The notes beneath the pieces are model-generated. The model was not told where the DNA came from. It saw only the letters and a list, made by a program, of their open reading frames with translations, and searched no databases. A DNA stretch of 64,000 nucleotides. Source: a virus. Taxonomy: Duplodnaviria; Heunggongvirae; Uroviricota; Caudoviricetes. Both the position numbers and the translations under genes were made by a program. Location: the IMG/VR virus record IMGVR_UViG_3300042885_000900. The stretch is one strand, 5' to 3'. This document shows positions 25,644 through 36,667 of this stretch, in pieces (position 1 is the stretch's first letter; every line of letters begins with the position of its first letter).

Positions 25644-27206
25644 ATGGCTTGTAATTCAACATATTGTATAAGCAATACCGGTAATATCACATATGATGAT
25701 AACTATACCAGTGGTGGAACACATAACTCAAATCTTTATTGGACAGGTCAATCAAATGGGTTATTTATTTATTACTCAACAGGAGACACTCAATGGTGTT
25801 TATCATCAATTTTGGATGGGTCTTGTTTATTATCAGGAAAATCTCCTTGTGTGAGCGAATGTCCTGACTTATGTGATGTATATTTCTCATCAGGAATGTG
25901 TTTAACACCAACTCCAACACCAACAATTAATTGTGATGTGTTAGATTTTGTTGCTGTGTTAGAATGTGATAATATTCCATCACCATCATCTACCTCAACA
26001 CCTACACCAACTGTTACACCAACAGTTACACCATCTTTAAACTTATGTTTAACAAATAATATTGACGCAACAATTGAGGGTATATCTCCAACTCCAACTC
26101 CAACACAAACCGTCACACCAACATCCTCATCTATAATTGAAAGGAATTGTACTTTTGCCGCACCTGTAGATTATAATATCATTGATGATAGTATAATATG
26201 CCCTCAAAGTTATCTATTTCAAGATTGTTATAATGGTGAGATATATTCCACAACAAATCTTACAAACTCAATAGGTGATATATCTTTAGAAAAATTCCAA
26301 GTTTATTTAGCCATGATAGATGGTTTAAGTAAATGCGTTTCATATTATGATAAGAGCGAAACAACTTTAGGTGGTTATAACATTGATTTAATTGATGGAC
26401 ATTTTGGGTTTAGTAATTTGGGTGATTGCGTTTATTGTGAACAGGTAACAACACCTACCCCAACACCTACACCCACATTAACTCCCACAATGACTCAAAC
26501 CCCCACAATGACTCGCACACCAACTAAAACACCAACAATGACCCCAACAACAACAACTACTCAAACACCAACTAATACTCAAACACCAACAATGACTCAA
26601 ACACCAACAATGACTCAAACACCAACAATGACTCGTACACCAAACGCATCACTAACACCAACACCAACAATCACGATGACCCCTACTTCATCACCACCAA
26701 CTCTAATTCAGTGTTTAAACTCGTTGAATATTGTTGTAGAATATAACGAACTTAACACCGGAAATGGAAATCCTTGTTTTGGTGGACATACTTGTAATCG
26801 AGCCGTATTTACAGTTTTAGCGAATAATGTAACTATTGGTACAGTATATTTAAATAATATTGGTGGTATTTACGACCAATTAAATGTACCACCGGGCTAT
26901 ACCTCGTTACCACCTGGTTGGACTTACAATTCATCGAATATTCATGAATACAACTCATCCCCTTATAGTGATATTGACCGATATAATTCATTTACTATCA
27001 CCTCACAACAGGCGATTAATATTGCCGCCTCAGACCCTTCAGGTGAAGTTCAAATAGCTATTAATTGTAATTGTACTGCGGGTGTTAATTGTTCATCATC
27101 CAGTTGTCACGGCTCCGTTAACTTTGTTAGAGTATATAAAGATTCTACATTAATTTACGCCGGATGTCCAACAGGTAATGCTGTTAAGTTTACACCTTGT
27201 GTGTAA
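25644..27206 (+). CDS. Cys-rich, Thr-Pro-rich putative fibre/appendage protein
   Basis: Cys-rich modules separated by TPTPT/TPTMTQ linkers. Confidence 0.7.
   Translation: MACNSTYCISNTGNITYDDNYTSGGTHNSNLYWTGQSNGLFIYYSTGDTQWCLSSILDGSCLLSGKSPCVSECPDLCDVYFSSGMCLTPTPTPTINCDVLDFVAVLECDNIPSPSSTSTPTPTVTPTVTPSLNLCLTNNIDATIEGISPTPTPTQTVTPTSSSIIERNCTFAAPVDYNIIDDSIICPQSYLFQDCYNGEIYSTTNLTNSIGDISLEKFQVYLAMIDGLSKCVSYYDKSETTLGGYNIDLIDGHFGFSNLGDCVYCEQVTTPTPTPTPTLTPTMTQTPTMTRTPTKTPTMTPTTTTTQTPTNTQTPTMTQTPTMTQTPTMTRTPNASLTPTPTITMTPTSSPPTLIQCLNSLNIVVEYNELNTGNGNPCFGGHTCNRAVFTVLANNVTIGTVYLNNIGGIYDQLNVPPGYTSLPPGWTYNSSNIHEYNSSPYSDIDRYNSFTITSQQAINIAASDPSGEVQIAINCNCTAGVNCSSSSCHGSVNFVRVYKDSTLIYAGCPTGNAVKFTPCV
26450..26700 (+). 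repeat. Thr-Pro coding repeats including 3 x 18-nt actcaaacaccaacaatg
   Basis: Tandem units at 26577-26630. Confidence 0.9.
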
Positions 27207-27248
27207 TTTGAATATACAAAACAAAACAAAATAAATTAATAATCACAA

Positions 27249-27256
27249 TATTTATA
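27249..27256 (+). promoter_or_regulatory. Putative late-promoter motif TATTTATA
   Basis: 4 nt before ATG 27261. Confidence 0.6.
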
Positions 27257-27260
27257 TTAC

Positions 27261-29681
27261 ATGGGATTCATATTAAAAAATACATCAGGGTTAATTAATA
27301 CTAGATTAACGGACACCGCAAGACAAAAACTATCACAAGGTAGTTTCAACATATCTTATTTTCAAATAGGTGATAGTGAAGTAACCTATAACGCTTTTGG
27401 TTCATTAAATTTATCAAGTCTTAATATATTAGAACCAAATTTTAATTCTCAAAATTCAACAGGTTCACCTCAAAAAAACAAACAAAATATTAAATACCCA
27501 TACTATGTAGATGGAACCGAAGGTAATACATACGGAATTCCTTATATGGCATCTGATGTTAGCCCTATCTACAACAGAGCTTCAATGAGAGGATTTTTTA
27601 CTGGTGAGACAACAAATGAAACCATCAGTAGTTGGAGTGCGTTAACTGACAATCAACACGTAATTAACTCAAATTACGTTATTGATATGTTTTCATTAAG
27701 AGGTAATAACTCAGTATCCATTAAATATTCCGGTTGTAACACCAATATAGTCAGACAACCTTCTATCGGAGATTTTATAACAATTTATTACGATGGAAAT
27801 GGATATAATAATTGTTCTTGTGATTTAGGAACCCCTATTACTCCAACACCAACACCAACACCTACTGTTACACCATCTTACGATGAGTGTATTATATATC
27901 CAACACCAACACCGTCATCCACTTGTTGTATAACACCAACACCAAGTTGTGGTCCTGAACCAATAACGGAATGTGTTATGTCAGTTTCATGTGGTTATAC
28001 AATATTAACATATAAAATTATTGATATTTGTAATCTTATATTAACTGTTGATAGACCTTTACCCAATTTCACTAACTTAAACGAAGGTTGTTATTACGCC
28101 AGAACATTAATCTACCCACCAAACATGACATCATTATATGATAGTGTAACTCCTTCACAACATTGGAGTGACGATATCATTAATTTTGAATCTATTTGTA
28201 CTACAGATGAATTTGACGTTAAAATTTGGAACATGAACATTCCTTGGTCTGAAAGTCCAGCGGGATTGAATTCTGCACTAAATAAAGATTATACCAAATT
28301 TGGTTCAACATCTTATTTAGGTACAAAAGAATATTTAGGGTATATGTCTAATAGTGGACAAACCAGTAACAACACGGTTAATTATGTAAATTCCCTCGGA
28401 GATGTTATCATTGTACCACCTAAAGACCAAAAAGCGATTTCAATTATTCACTATACTAATCAAAGTATAGATTTATTTTATGGTGAAAAATTTGCATTAG
28501 AACCATACGACACCACAACACCTGAAGACACAACAGGTGAGGCCAGAAACTTTAGATTACATATACCAACATTAATGTGGCATAAATCACCGACTTGTTG
28601 TAATGGACAAACTTTTTGGGTTGACCCTCCTGGGTTTGATGATTTAACAGTATCGGGAAGCCCATTATTCAAAGTTCACTATATTCAATCAACTAAAAAT
28701 GCTAGTATGAATCAGCCAGGGATAAGATATTATAATTTATGGGACACAAACGCCAACGAATATAATAATGAATACCCTAATAGAGTTGGTAAAGTATTTC
28801 CTGACCAAAAAATTATTGTTATTGATGATGAGGAAATTATTGCATCATTATCTTATAAGTCAAATAGAAATTGGACGTTACCGTCACCAAGAATATCTTT
28901 AATCACTCCTAACACTTGTGAAATAAATAATGGTTCAATATCTGTAGATGGTGTTTTATCTGGTTCATCTGAATATATGTATGTTACATATAGATTAGGT
29001 AATACTGAATTAACCACAAATTCATTACATTGTAATTACTATTCAAAAATACAAGGAACAACGATTACACCAACTAATTTGGTTACTAATAATGTTGGTG
29101 TTAGATTTGGTAATGAATTTCCATGTTTAAATCAAAACCCAGAATATACCACCCTTAACACAGGATTTGTTGCCAATACATTTGAAATAATATGTCAGAA
29201 AGTGACAGGAAATGTTAGACCAGACCCTTCATTGTGGAGAGTTATTGATTTTACATCAATGGTTAGCGCAACAACAATTAATGGAAATATAACTGTAGAA
29301 GGTTTAACAGGTACAACATTTGTTATCACATCAGATGACTACGATAATGCCGAAAACGATATATATAATTTAGATTATCTCTCGTTACCATCTAAAACTG
29401 GTAATACCGAAACTTCATTAAATTTTGGAGATGAATATTATTTTTACGGAGCATTAGAAACCGATATAGAAGCAACAATTTATGAAATGAAATATAAAGT
29501 AAATTTAAGTGCAACTGAATTCCAAGCAAGCTCTAACCCTACATGGTCAAGCTCCGTAAAACCATATATTTCAGAAATAGGTCTTTACGATACTGAAGAT
29601 AATCTTATGATTATATCAAAGCTACAATCACCTGTTTTAAGACAAGGATTACAACAGTTTTTAATTAAATTTGATTTTTAA
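27261..29681 (+). CDS. Putative tail/baseplate structural protein (806 aa)
   Basis: Late motif, TP insert, C-terminal YISEIGLYD...MIISKL motif typical of fibre-attachment/baseplate proteins. Confidence 0.6.
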   Translation: MGFILKNTSGLINTRLTDTARQKLSQGSFNISYFQIGDSEVTYNAFGSLNLSSLNILEPNFNSQNSTGSPQKNKQNIKYPYYVDGTEGNTYGIPYMASDVSPIYNRASMRGFFTGETTNETISSWSALTDNQHVINSNYVIDMFSLRGNNSVSIKYSGCNTNIVRQPSIGDFITIYYDGNGYNNCSCDLGTPITPTPTPTPTVTPSYDECIIYPTPTPSSTCCITPTPSCGPEPITECVMSVSCGYTILTYKIIDICNLILTVDRPLPNFTNLNEGCYYARTLIYPPNMTSLYDSVTPSQHWSDDIINFESICTTDEFDVKIWNMNIPWSESPAGLNSALNKDYTKFGSTSYLGTKEYLGYMSNSGQTSNNTVNYVNSLGDVIIVPPKDQKAISIIHYTNQSIDLFYGEKFALEPYDTTTPEDTTGEARNFRLHIPTLMWHKSPTCCNGQTFWVDPPGFDDLTVSGSPLFKVHYIQSTKNASMNQPGIRYYNLWDTNANEYNNEYPNRVGKVFPDQKIIVIDDEEIIASLSYKSNRNWTLPSPRISLITPNTCEINNGSISVDGVLSGSSEYMYVTYRLGNTELTTNSLHCNYYSKIQGTTITPTNLVTNNVGVRFGNEFPCLNQNPEYTTLNTGFVANTFEIICQKVTGNVRPDPSLWRVIDFTSMVSATTINGNITVEGLTGTTFVITSDDYDNAENDIYNLDYLSLPSKTGNTETSLNFGDEYYFYGALETDIEATIYEMKYKVNLSATEFQASSNPTWSSSVKPYISEIGLYDTEDNLMIISKLQSPVLRQGLQQFLIKFDF

Positions 29682-29687
29682 TTAAAT

Positions 29688-30287
29688 ATGAAAAAAACAC
29701 TTAAAGAAACCCCTAAAGTTTTAGGTCTTGATGTATCTACCCGAACAATTGGATGGGCATTATTTGATATACAAAGTAGAGAACTATTGGAATTAACCCA
29801 TATCTCACCAGTACCAAAACCAAAAGAAGAAAATAAAATTAAAGAATTATTACTTAAAAGTGAAATTTTTAAATCAAAACTTATTCAATATAAAGATTTA
29901 GGTATAACTAAAGTTATTATTGAGGAGCCATTATTAAATTCTAATAATGTATATACCATTCAAACTCTATTAAGATTTAACACCTTAATCACTAAAGAAA
30001 TTTATGATGTATTGGGGATTGTTCCCGAATACATTTCAACCTACAACTCTCGTAAATTCGCCTTTCCTGAACTTGTTAAACAAAACGATAAAAACAAATT
30101 TGTTTTATTTGGTGGTCTTCCTAAAGATTGTGACAAAAAACAAATTATTTGGGATTTGGTCGCAAAACGAGAACCTCAAATACAATGGTTGTACACTAAG
30201 AACAATACACTCAAAAAAGAGAATTTTGACCAAACAGACGCTTACGCTTGTGTTTTAGGTCATATGACTCAAGAAAATATTTGGTAA
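29688..30287 (+). CDS. RuvC-like Holliday junction resolvase
   Basis: LGLDVST, IIEEP and C-terminal DQTDA acidic motifs. Confidence 0.8.
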   Translation: MKKTLKETPKVLGLDVSTRTIGWALFDIQSRELLELTHISPVPKPKEENKIKELLLKSEIFKSKLIQYKDLGITKVIIEEPLLNSNNVYTIQTLLRFNTLITKEIYDVLGIVPEYISTYNSRKFAFPELVKQNDKNKFVLFGGLPKDCDKKQIIWDLVAKREPQIQWLYTKNNTLKKENFDQTDAYACVLGHMTQENIW

Positions 30288-30292
30288 AAATT

Positions 30293-30317
30293 AACCCACC
30301 TTTATGGTGGGTTTTTT
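30293..30317. terminator. Terminator between convergent structural operons
   Basis: aacccacc-tttat-ggtgggtt plus T tract. Confidence 0.8.
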
Positions 30318-30320
30318 ATT

Positions 30321-33300
30321 TTAATCTTTTATTAATCTAACCGATACCCCCACACCTTCTGATACCCAGTTTCTTTCAATATTACTACTAAGATTACTTA
30401 ATTCATACTGATAATAATGCTCATTTGGGGATTTTGAAGTTGTTCCAAAAGTACCTATTGTCTGAAGTAAGTTAGAAACCCCGTTTGTACCAACAGTCCC
30501 ACCAGGTAATGCGGTAAAAAATGAACTATTATTTGGCGAATCAAAACCTGGAGACCAATAACAAGAACTAGCATCTTTTAACTTATCACCGATTAAAGGT
30601 TGGATATATCCATCATAATTTCCAGACCCATAAACATCAATCCAAGTACCCCCACCTAAAGTAGCTGTTAAAGTTGTCCACTCAGTGTCTGTTGGTATAT
30701 GATAACCATTTGGTGCTAATTTTTTTCTTAAACTAGGTGTAGTATATGACGCCGAATTCCATATTCCTAATATAGCATAAATATTGTATAATTTACCGTA
30801 AATAGGGCCATTGGCAGAATTAAATCCGTAATAACACCAACCACCTTTGGGTACAAATTGAAAAGCTTGCCATTCAGCTGCAGTATTAGCTTGTGGTATC
30901 ACAGTACCGTCACTATAAGTAGTGACATCTAAATTGCATTTTGTCCATATTTGAGACCCAATTGTTACAAGACTATTTGGTACACAATTAGGACAAGGAT
31001 TATAATTTATACAATCTGTACAAGTTGTGAATGTCTGATTTAATACTGGCGTAAAATAATTCCCAGAATTATTTATCACATCAAATAATGGACTTAATAC
31101 TGGGTAACCATTAGATATATACATAAATTCCCAACAAGTATCATCATCTGTTTTTCTTAAAATTTCCCCAACAACAGTTGTAAATCCTGGTAATACTTGT
31201 ACAACATATTGGTTAATATTAGAACAATTCCTATAAACATAATATTTTTGTGGTGATGACGGTGTAACTGTAGGTGTTTGAGTCATTGTAGGTGTTTGAG
31301 TCATTGTAGGTGTTTGAGTCATTGTAGGTGTTTGAGTCATTGTAGGTGTTTGTGTAGGTGTTTGTGATGGAGACGCACCAGGTGTTGATGTTACCGTTGG
31401 TGTTACCGTCATTGTTGGAGTTTGAGTATTTGTAGGAGTTTGTGTTGGCGTAGGTGTAGGAGTTTGTGATGGAACCGGCCCACAATATTGACACGAAATA
31501 TTATAATTAATTCTCAAACTAACAACAACATTATTTGGAACTAAAGATTCCTCATCACATTTAGTTATAATTTGAATTTGATTATTTATTGGGTCAATGA
31601 TAGTTTGCCCAACTTGGTCAAAACTATCCACTAACACCTTTAACTCTTCATAAAATTGATTATCAAACGGATAATCATTTAACGAATAACTAATATAAAA
31701 ATCATTAAATTTTAATTCATCCCCAATTGATACTGATATTCTAAAAAAAGCAATGTCTAAAACACAATTAGTGAAACCCGATACATGACTATAATATCCA
31801 TCATAATACATTTCATATATACCATTTTTACCTAATTCTCCAATATCTTCAAAATTACTATCACAAATAGTATAAGATTCATAAGACGATAATTTATCAT
31901 ACCCATAAATTGTTATTGAGTTTTGTTTAACACAATTATCTGAATCAGTCACAGTTAAAGTATATGTTCCCGCACTTAAATTAGTTATAGTATAACCGGT
32001 TTGTCCATTCACATTAGGACTCCATTGTAATTCAAATGTTGGTGTACCTCCCGTTATTGATACATTAATTGTTCCATCAGAACCATTCATTGCATCAGTC
32101 TTAACTAATATAAATCCAACATTCTCGGATGAGTCTATAACAAAATTTTGAGTTTGTCTACATGGAGTTGGACTAGAATCTATTACCTCAACAGTATATG
32201 AACCTGAAATTATATTATTTAAAGTTATAGAACTATATGGTGGGTCAATTATCACTGATTGGAATCCTACATTAACATAATAAGGTGAAACACCCCCAAC
32301 TATCCCTATTTCAGCAGTACCATTATTTAAATTACAAGTAGTTCCCGTGGTTAAAACATTAATAGTATATAACGATTCATTAATAACCTCATATGTGTTG
32401 GTATAAACACATACCCCATTTGAAATGGTTAAAGTGTATGTATCAGATTTTAAATTATTAAATGACCAACTTAAACTACTGGTCTCGTTTTCTATTGAAT
32501 CGTTATTTGAATCTGTTAATGTATACACAATGTTACCATTAGTACCATTAAGGACTATAGATATAGTACCATCTGAATTACTACATTTTGAATTAGTCAC
32601 ATTCACTGACTCCACATTAAAACCTGTTGGTGTTTGAACAGTCGTTGACGCAACAAAACTACATAAACCAGCATCCTGCACATACACTGAAACAACTCCA
32701 CCAGGAATATTAGTAAATGTATATTGGGTATCAAACGAAGTATAAAATCCTCCGGTTGAGGCTGAATAATAATATGGTGCTGTACCCCCTGTTACAAAAA
32801 CCGTTAACTCACCATCGTTTGCGAAACAACCAGGACTAACGGATGCGAAGCCACCTAAACCAATTTGAGGTACTTTTACAACTTCAGTACTTTTAGAGAT
32901 TACACACCCTGTATTATCTGTTATTGTAACGCTATAAGGACCATTAGTTAATCCTGTAATTGATGATAATGTAACACCGTTAGACCATAGATAAGTATAT
33001 GGTGGATTTCCTGTTAATCCTGTTACAAATATCTTACCTGAATTAACATTACAACCGGCATCATTAACAACATAAAACCCATAATCTAAAGTGGTTGATG
33101 ATTTAATTATACAAGTTTCAGATTTACCCGTACATCCACCACCATCGTTGGCAACAACATAATAAGTTCCAGCGGATAATGAATTAAAAGAAAAGTTAGA
33201 ATTTAATGTTGACCCTGAAGATAAATATCCACTAGTACTTTCATATAAATAGTAACTCGCAACACCATATTGATTTTGTGTTTGAGCAGTTATCGCTCCA

Positions 33301-33620
33301 TTATCAAAATCACAAGTAGTATTTCGTTGGTTTATTATGCTAACACAAGTACCACTTGATATGTAAATATTTACCGGAACTGTTGTTATTCCAGGACTGT
33401 TACATGAATCGAGAATATTAAACGAGTATGTTCCCGCCGATAAACTATTAACAGTATATCCTGTTATACCCGCACCTAGCGGTATTGTCCCATAAGCAGG
33501 TGATAACCATTCTATTGTATAATCAGGTGCTGTCCCCTGAATATCAATTGAGAAAGACCCTAATGAGAGATTAGAACAATCTCCAGTTATACTCGATATA
33601 TATGATAAACTACAAGCCAT
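30321..33620 (-). CDS. Putative tail fibre/adhesin: SprB repeats, TP linker and C-terminal FISUMP (Fib_succ_major)-like domain
   Basis: GxxPY.Y.W...L..G.Y.VTITD..GC repeats; VTIGSQIW...NL, YGKLYN, LAP.GYHIPT..EW..L, FTALPGG, SVRLIKD. Confidence 0.8.
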   Translation of the reverse strand: MACSLSYISSITGDCSNLSLGSFSIDIQGTAPDYTIEWLSPAYGTIPLGAGITGYTVNSLSAGTYSFNILDSCNSPGITTVPVNIYISSGTCVSIINQRNTTCDFDNGAITAQTQNQYGVASYYLYESTSGYLSSGSTLNSNFSFNSLSAGTYYVVANDGGGCTGKSETCIIKSSTTLDYGFYVVNDAGCNVNSGKIFVTGLTGNPPYTYLWSNGVTLSSITGLTNGPYSVTITDNTGCVISKSTEVVKVPQIGLGGFASVSPGCFANDGELTVFVTGGTAPYYYSASTGGFYTSFDTQYTFTNIPGGVVSVYVQDAGLCSFVASTTVQTPTGFNVESVNVTNSKCSNSDGTISIVLNGTNGNIVYTLTDSNNDSIENETSSLSWSFNNLKSDTYTLTISNGVCVYTNTYEVINESLYTINVLTTGTTCNLNNGTAEIGIVGGVSPYYVNVGFQSVIIDPPYSSITLNNIISGSYTVEVIDSSPTPCRQTQNFVIDSSENVGFILVKTDAMNGSDGTINVSITGGTPTFELQWSPNVNGQTGYTITNLSAGTYTLTVTDSDNCVKQNSITIYGYDKLSSYESYTICDSNFEDIGELGKNGIYEMYYDGYYSHVSGFTNCVLDIAFFRISVSIGDELKFNDFYISYSLNDYPFDNQFYEELKVLVDSFDQVGQTIIDPINNQIQIITKCDEESLVPNNVVVSLRINYNISCQYCGPVPSQTPTPTPTQTPTNTQTPTMTVTPTVTSTPGASPSQTPTQTPTMTQTPTMTQTPTMTQTPTMTQTPTVTPSSPQKYYVYRNCSNINQYVVQVLPGFTTVVGEILRKTDDDTCWEFMYISNGYPVLSPLFDVINNSGNYFTPVLNQTFTTCTDCINYNPCPNCVPNSLVTIGSQIWTKCNLDVTTYSDGTVIPQANTAAEWQAFQFVPKGGWCYYGFNSANGPIYGKLYNIYAILGIWNSASYTTPSLRKKLAPNGYHIPTDTEWTTLTATLGGGTWIDVYGSGNYDGYIQPLIGDKLKDASSCYWSPGFDSPNNSSFFTALPGGTVGTNGVSNLLQTIGTFGTTSKSPNEHYYQYELSNLSSNIERNWVSEGVGVSVRLIKD
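31270..31341 (-). repeat. 4 x 18-nt tandem repeat encoding TMTQTP
   Basis: gtaggtgtttgagtcatt four times on + strand. Confidence 0.93.
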
Positions 33621-36600
33621 TAATTACATAAAATTTCAAAATTTATTCCAACATTTAATTCAAAATTAATGCCGGTTGAGTTCTCGGAACATACAGAATG
33701 ATAAACCACTATTTGGTTAAATGGTTCTCCCTTTTCTACGAAAATATTATCTTCACTAAAATAATACGCATAACCATAATTTAGTAAACTTTCTAAACTA
33801 TTCATTAAAGCCTCCGCCCATTCATTATCACTAGGTACACTTATACTTTTGGTAAGCCCTGACCCCACAAAAAATGGGTCTTTTACAATATTTTCACCAT
33901 TAAGTCTCATATCAACATACCAAACACTTTTTAAATTTTCATACAAACAATCATTTAATTCGTAAGTTGTTCCTAAATTAGCATTTGTTGCGCTTAAATA
34001 AGTATTTAATGCATTACTTAAAACAACACCAAAAGTGTCATCCGGATACGCATTACAAGACACCGATTGAATCGGACAATCATATGTAAAAATATTTGAT
34101 GTTAGAGAACAAGGTCGACAAAGAACGGGAACAAATTTACAACCTTCTTGTCTTCTCCATACAAACTTTTGTCTATGAAAAATTGAGTTCTCATATCTAA
34201 CACCCGTATTCCATATGGTTGTTGCCGGTATCATTTGTTCCACTAATCTAATCCAATAATCACCAAGACCATTAACATACTGAATCATTGTCTGATAATT
34301 AAAATTATCGTTCTCTAATCCGGCAAGTTTTTCTGATTCTAAATATTTCCAATAAATAGATTCTAAAGTTGGGTAACCCATTGTTTTACCATCACTAATA
34401 TATTGTCTATTTCTAACATTAATTGTGTTTAACCAAAAAGTTTGAGCAAACTCAAAAAATGTTTTATTCTTTGGTTGTGGATTAATAACCGTATTATCAA
34501 TACCACCCCTATCCGGATAATTTGATACAGGATTTGGATTGCAATAAGTCGGAGCGACATAATTTAACCCCTCATTTGGTATTGGGAAATTATATTGTCT
34601 TGACATCGCCCAAACATCATACGATAATCCTTGACCAGGATTTAAAAATAAATCAGTATTTTTAGCGTTTAAAACTAATTTATCACTTTCCGTATAATAT
34701 CTTGCGTTATAATTACCATCTAAATTTTGTCGTAAACCAATTTCATTATCAACCCAACTTTTATTATTATCAATTGTTTGGGTAATGTTATACCCTAATG
34801 GCATAAACGGAAATTTAACATATCTATCCAAATATTCACCACCATAGGTATATGGTGTTAATGTTGTTTGATAATCAGGATTTGACCCTGTAAAAACACT
34901 ATTGGTAAGATTAACTTCTTCCGGAGCTCTATGTTGAGGTGTTGATTCGAACCAACCGCTACCTTTTTCATAATAATAATCTTCAGTATTTGGAGGTGTT
35001 GATGGGTATCCTTCACTATCAATAGGATATTCACTTAATGAAACATTTACATCTTTCATTATTGTTGTTGATGTAAATCCTGTGTATTCCACATTCTGAA
35101 ATCTATATGTGTTACCAGCCTCTATTGTTGGGACATTTTTAACATATGTTCCACCTGATATCGCGGCATAACTATTATTAAAATCACTTACACTAATTCT
35201 TTGGTCTGCCAAGTATATGTATTCGTTAAAATCAACTAACGCATCCGGAGCACCAATCAACCTTAATAATATCTCAACAGATTTTCTCGTTCCTTTAGAT
35301 TTAAACAAATAAGCTGAATTAAGAATTAAATTCCTATAATATTGATAATTTAATTCATCCGGAGTTTGTTGGTCGCTACTCCCCGCAAATTCGGGAACAT
35401 TTTTGTTTTTCTCACCAAAAACTGATGTTAAAAATTCATCATTAGTTATTGGAGATATATTAGTATTCCACCCTAAAGTTTGTGCTAAATTTTTTAATAA
35501 TTGAGATGGGATATCATTACCCACATTATAATTAACCGAATTCATATATGCTAAAGCGTCTATGAATTTTTTTGTTTCGTCAAAACTTCTACCATATATT
35601 TGTAGAACAGACTCCATCTTTTGACCTATAGTATCAAAGTCTTTAAACGCCCCTGTCGTTAAAAATCTTGATATTAAATTTGTTTTATACAAGTCAAATG
35701 ATTCACTCAAACCATTCAATGTTGTTAAATAGTTGGTAAAGGCTGGTGTGATAATATCAAGATTCCAATTACCATATAATGGCCAAGTAACATTTTTATT
35801 TAAAACATAATATGTACCATCATCAGCATCTGCCGGTACTTGAAATGTTGCTGTATACTTTGGTACAACATTTCTATTTAATAAAAATCTTTGAACCTCA
35901 TCTAAACTTTCATTAAACACCTGATTAACTTCAGAATCATTAGGTCTAATCACTAAATCATCATAAGTGTTAGTTTGACCCGAAAATGGATTACCCTTAA
36001 CATATATTTTTAATACTCCCGAAGACAATGATGTTGTCGGAACTATCGCAACCACATCAAATCCATTATTGTTATAATATAACGAATACTTTGCGTATTG
36101 CATTGTCATATTTCTTAACACCGATACTTGAACTTCCCTTAATTGTAAATTTCTTGTGGCGTTAACCGTAAAATCAACATCAAAAGGGTTTCTAATTCTA
36201 GAAACATTTAGTTCAAAACTAGTTTCATCATCAGAACCAATATATGTGATATTTGATGCCGTTTCACCAGTCACATAATTTTCATCCATTAAAGTCACCT
36301 CTAATGCCGCAGGAAATTTACTAATGATTGTCTCAACTGATGTTGAGATTCTTTTAACCATTGACCCATATTGGGTGAAATTGGTAACTTGGGTAAGGTC
36401 GAAATTTGGATATACTTTGAAATTATTCTCAAATATTAATCTAGATTGAGCAACACTACTAATCCCAAGACCGTCCAAATTAATTGGTTCTGAAAAATTA
36501 CCAGTGTTAAATGTCCTGTTGTTCTTTTCAGTAATTGATGTTGTAAATTCAAAATTCCCCTGCGTTAAACCACCTCCTTGGACTAATTGGAAACCAACTA

Positions 36601-36667
36601 AATCATCGGAAAATGTGCCAGCTCCTGTTGCCGATTGTGGGGGACAAGTATATTTTATTAACGCCAT
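33620..36667 (-). CDS. Baseplate wedge/tail protein (1015 aa)
   Basis: LKNLAQTLGW...FKSKGTRKSVEILLRLIG motif typical of baseplate wedge (gpI/gp7-like) proteins; operon context. Confidence 0.62.
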   Translation of the reverse strand: MALIKYTCPPQSATGAGTFSDDLVGFQLVQGGGLTQGNFEFTTSITEKNNRTFNTGNFSEPINLDGLGISSVAQSRLIFENNFKVYPNFDLTQVTNFTQYGSMVKRISTSVETIISKFPAALEVTLMDENYVTGETASNITYIGSDDETSFELNVSRIRNPFDVDFTVNATRNLQLREVQVSVLRNMTMQYAKYSLYYNNNGFDVVAIVPTTSLSSGVLKIYVKGNPFSGQTNTYDDLVIRPNDSEVNQVFNESLDEVQRFLLNRNVVPKYTATFQVPADADDGTYYVLNKNVTWPLYGNWNLDIITPAFTNYLTTLNGLSESFDLYKTNLISRFLTTGAFKDFDTIGQKMESVLQIYGRSFDETKKFIDALAYMNSVNYNVGNDIPSQLLKNLAQTLGWNTNISPITNDEFLTSVFGEKNKNVPEFAGSSDQQTPDELNYQYYRNLILNSAYLFKSKGTRKSVEILLRLIGAPDALVDFNEYIYLADQRISVSDFNNSYAAISGGTYVKNVPTIEAGNTYRFQNVEYTGFTSTTIMKDVNVSLSEYPIDSEGYPSTPPNTEDYYYEKGSGWFESTPQHRAPEEVNLTNSVFTGSNPDYQTTLTPYTYGGEYLDRYVKFPFMPLGYNITQTIDNNKSWVDNEIGLRQNLDGNYNARYYTESDKLVLNAKNTDLFLNPGQGLSYDVWAMSRQYNFPIPNEGLNYVAPTYCNPNPVSNYPDRGGIDNTVINPQPKNKTFFEFAQTFWLNTINVRNRQYISDGKTMGYPTLESIYWKYLESEKLAGLENDNFNYQTMIQYVNGLGDYWIRLVEQMIPATTIWNTGVRYENSIFHRQKFVWRRQEGCKFVPVLCRPCSLTSNIFTYDCPIQSVSCNAYPDDTFGVVLSNALNTYLSATNANLGTTYELNDCLYENLKSVWYVDMRLNGENIVKDPFFVGSGLTKSISVPSDNEWAEALMNSLESLLNYGYAYYFSEDNIFVEKGEPFNQIVVYHSVCSENSTGINFELNVGINFEILCN

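Noticed and set aside
30321-30520. FISUMP C-terminus as the variable region of a diversity-generating retroelement
   Set aside because: No template repeat or reverse transcriptase seen in this window; cannot be excluded elsewhere in the genome
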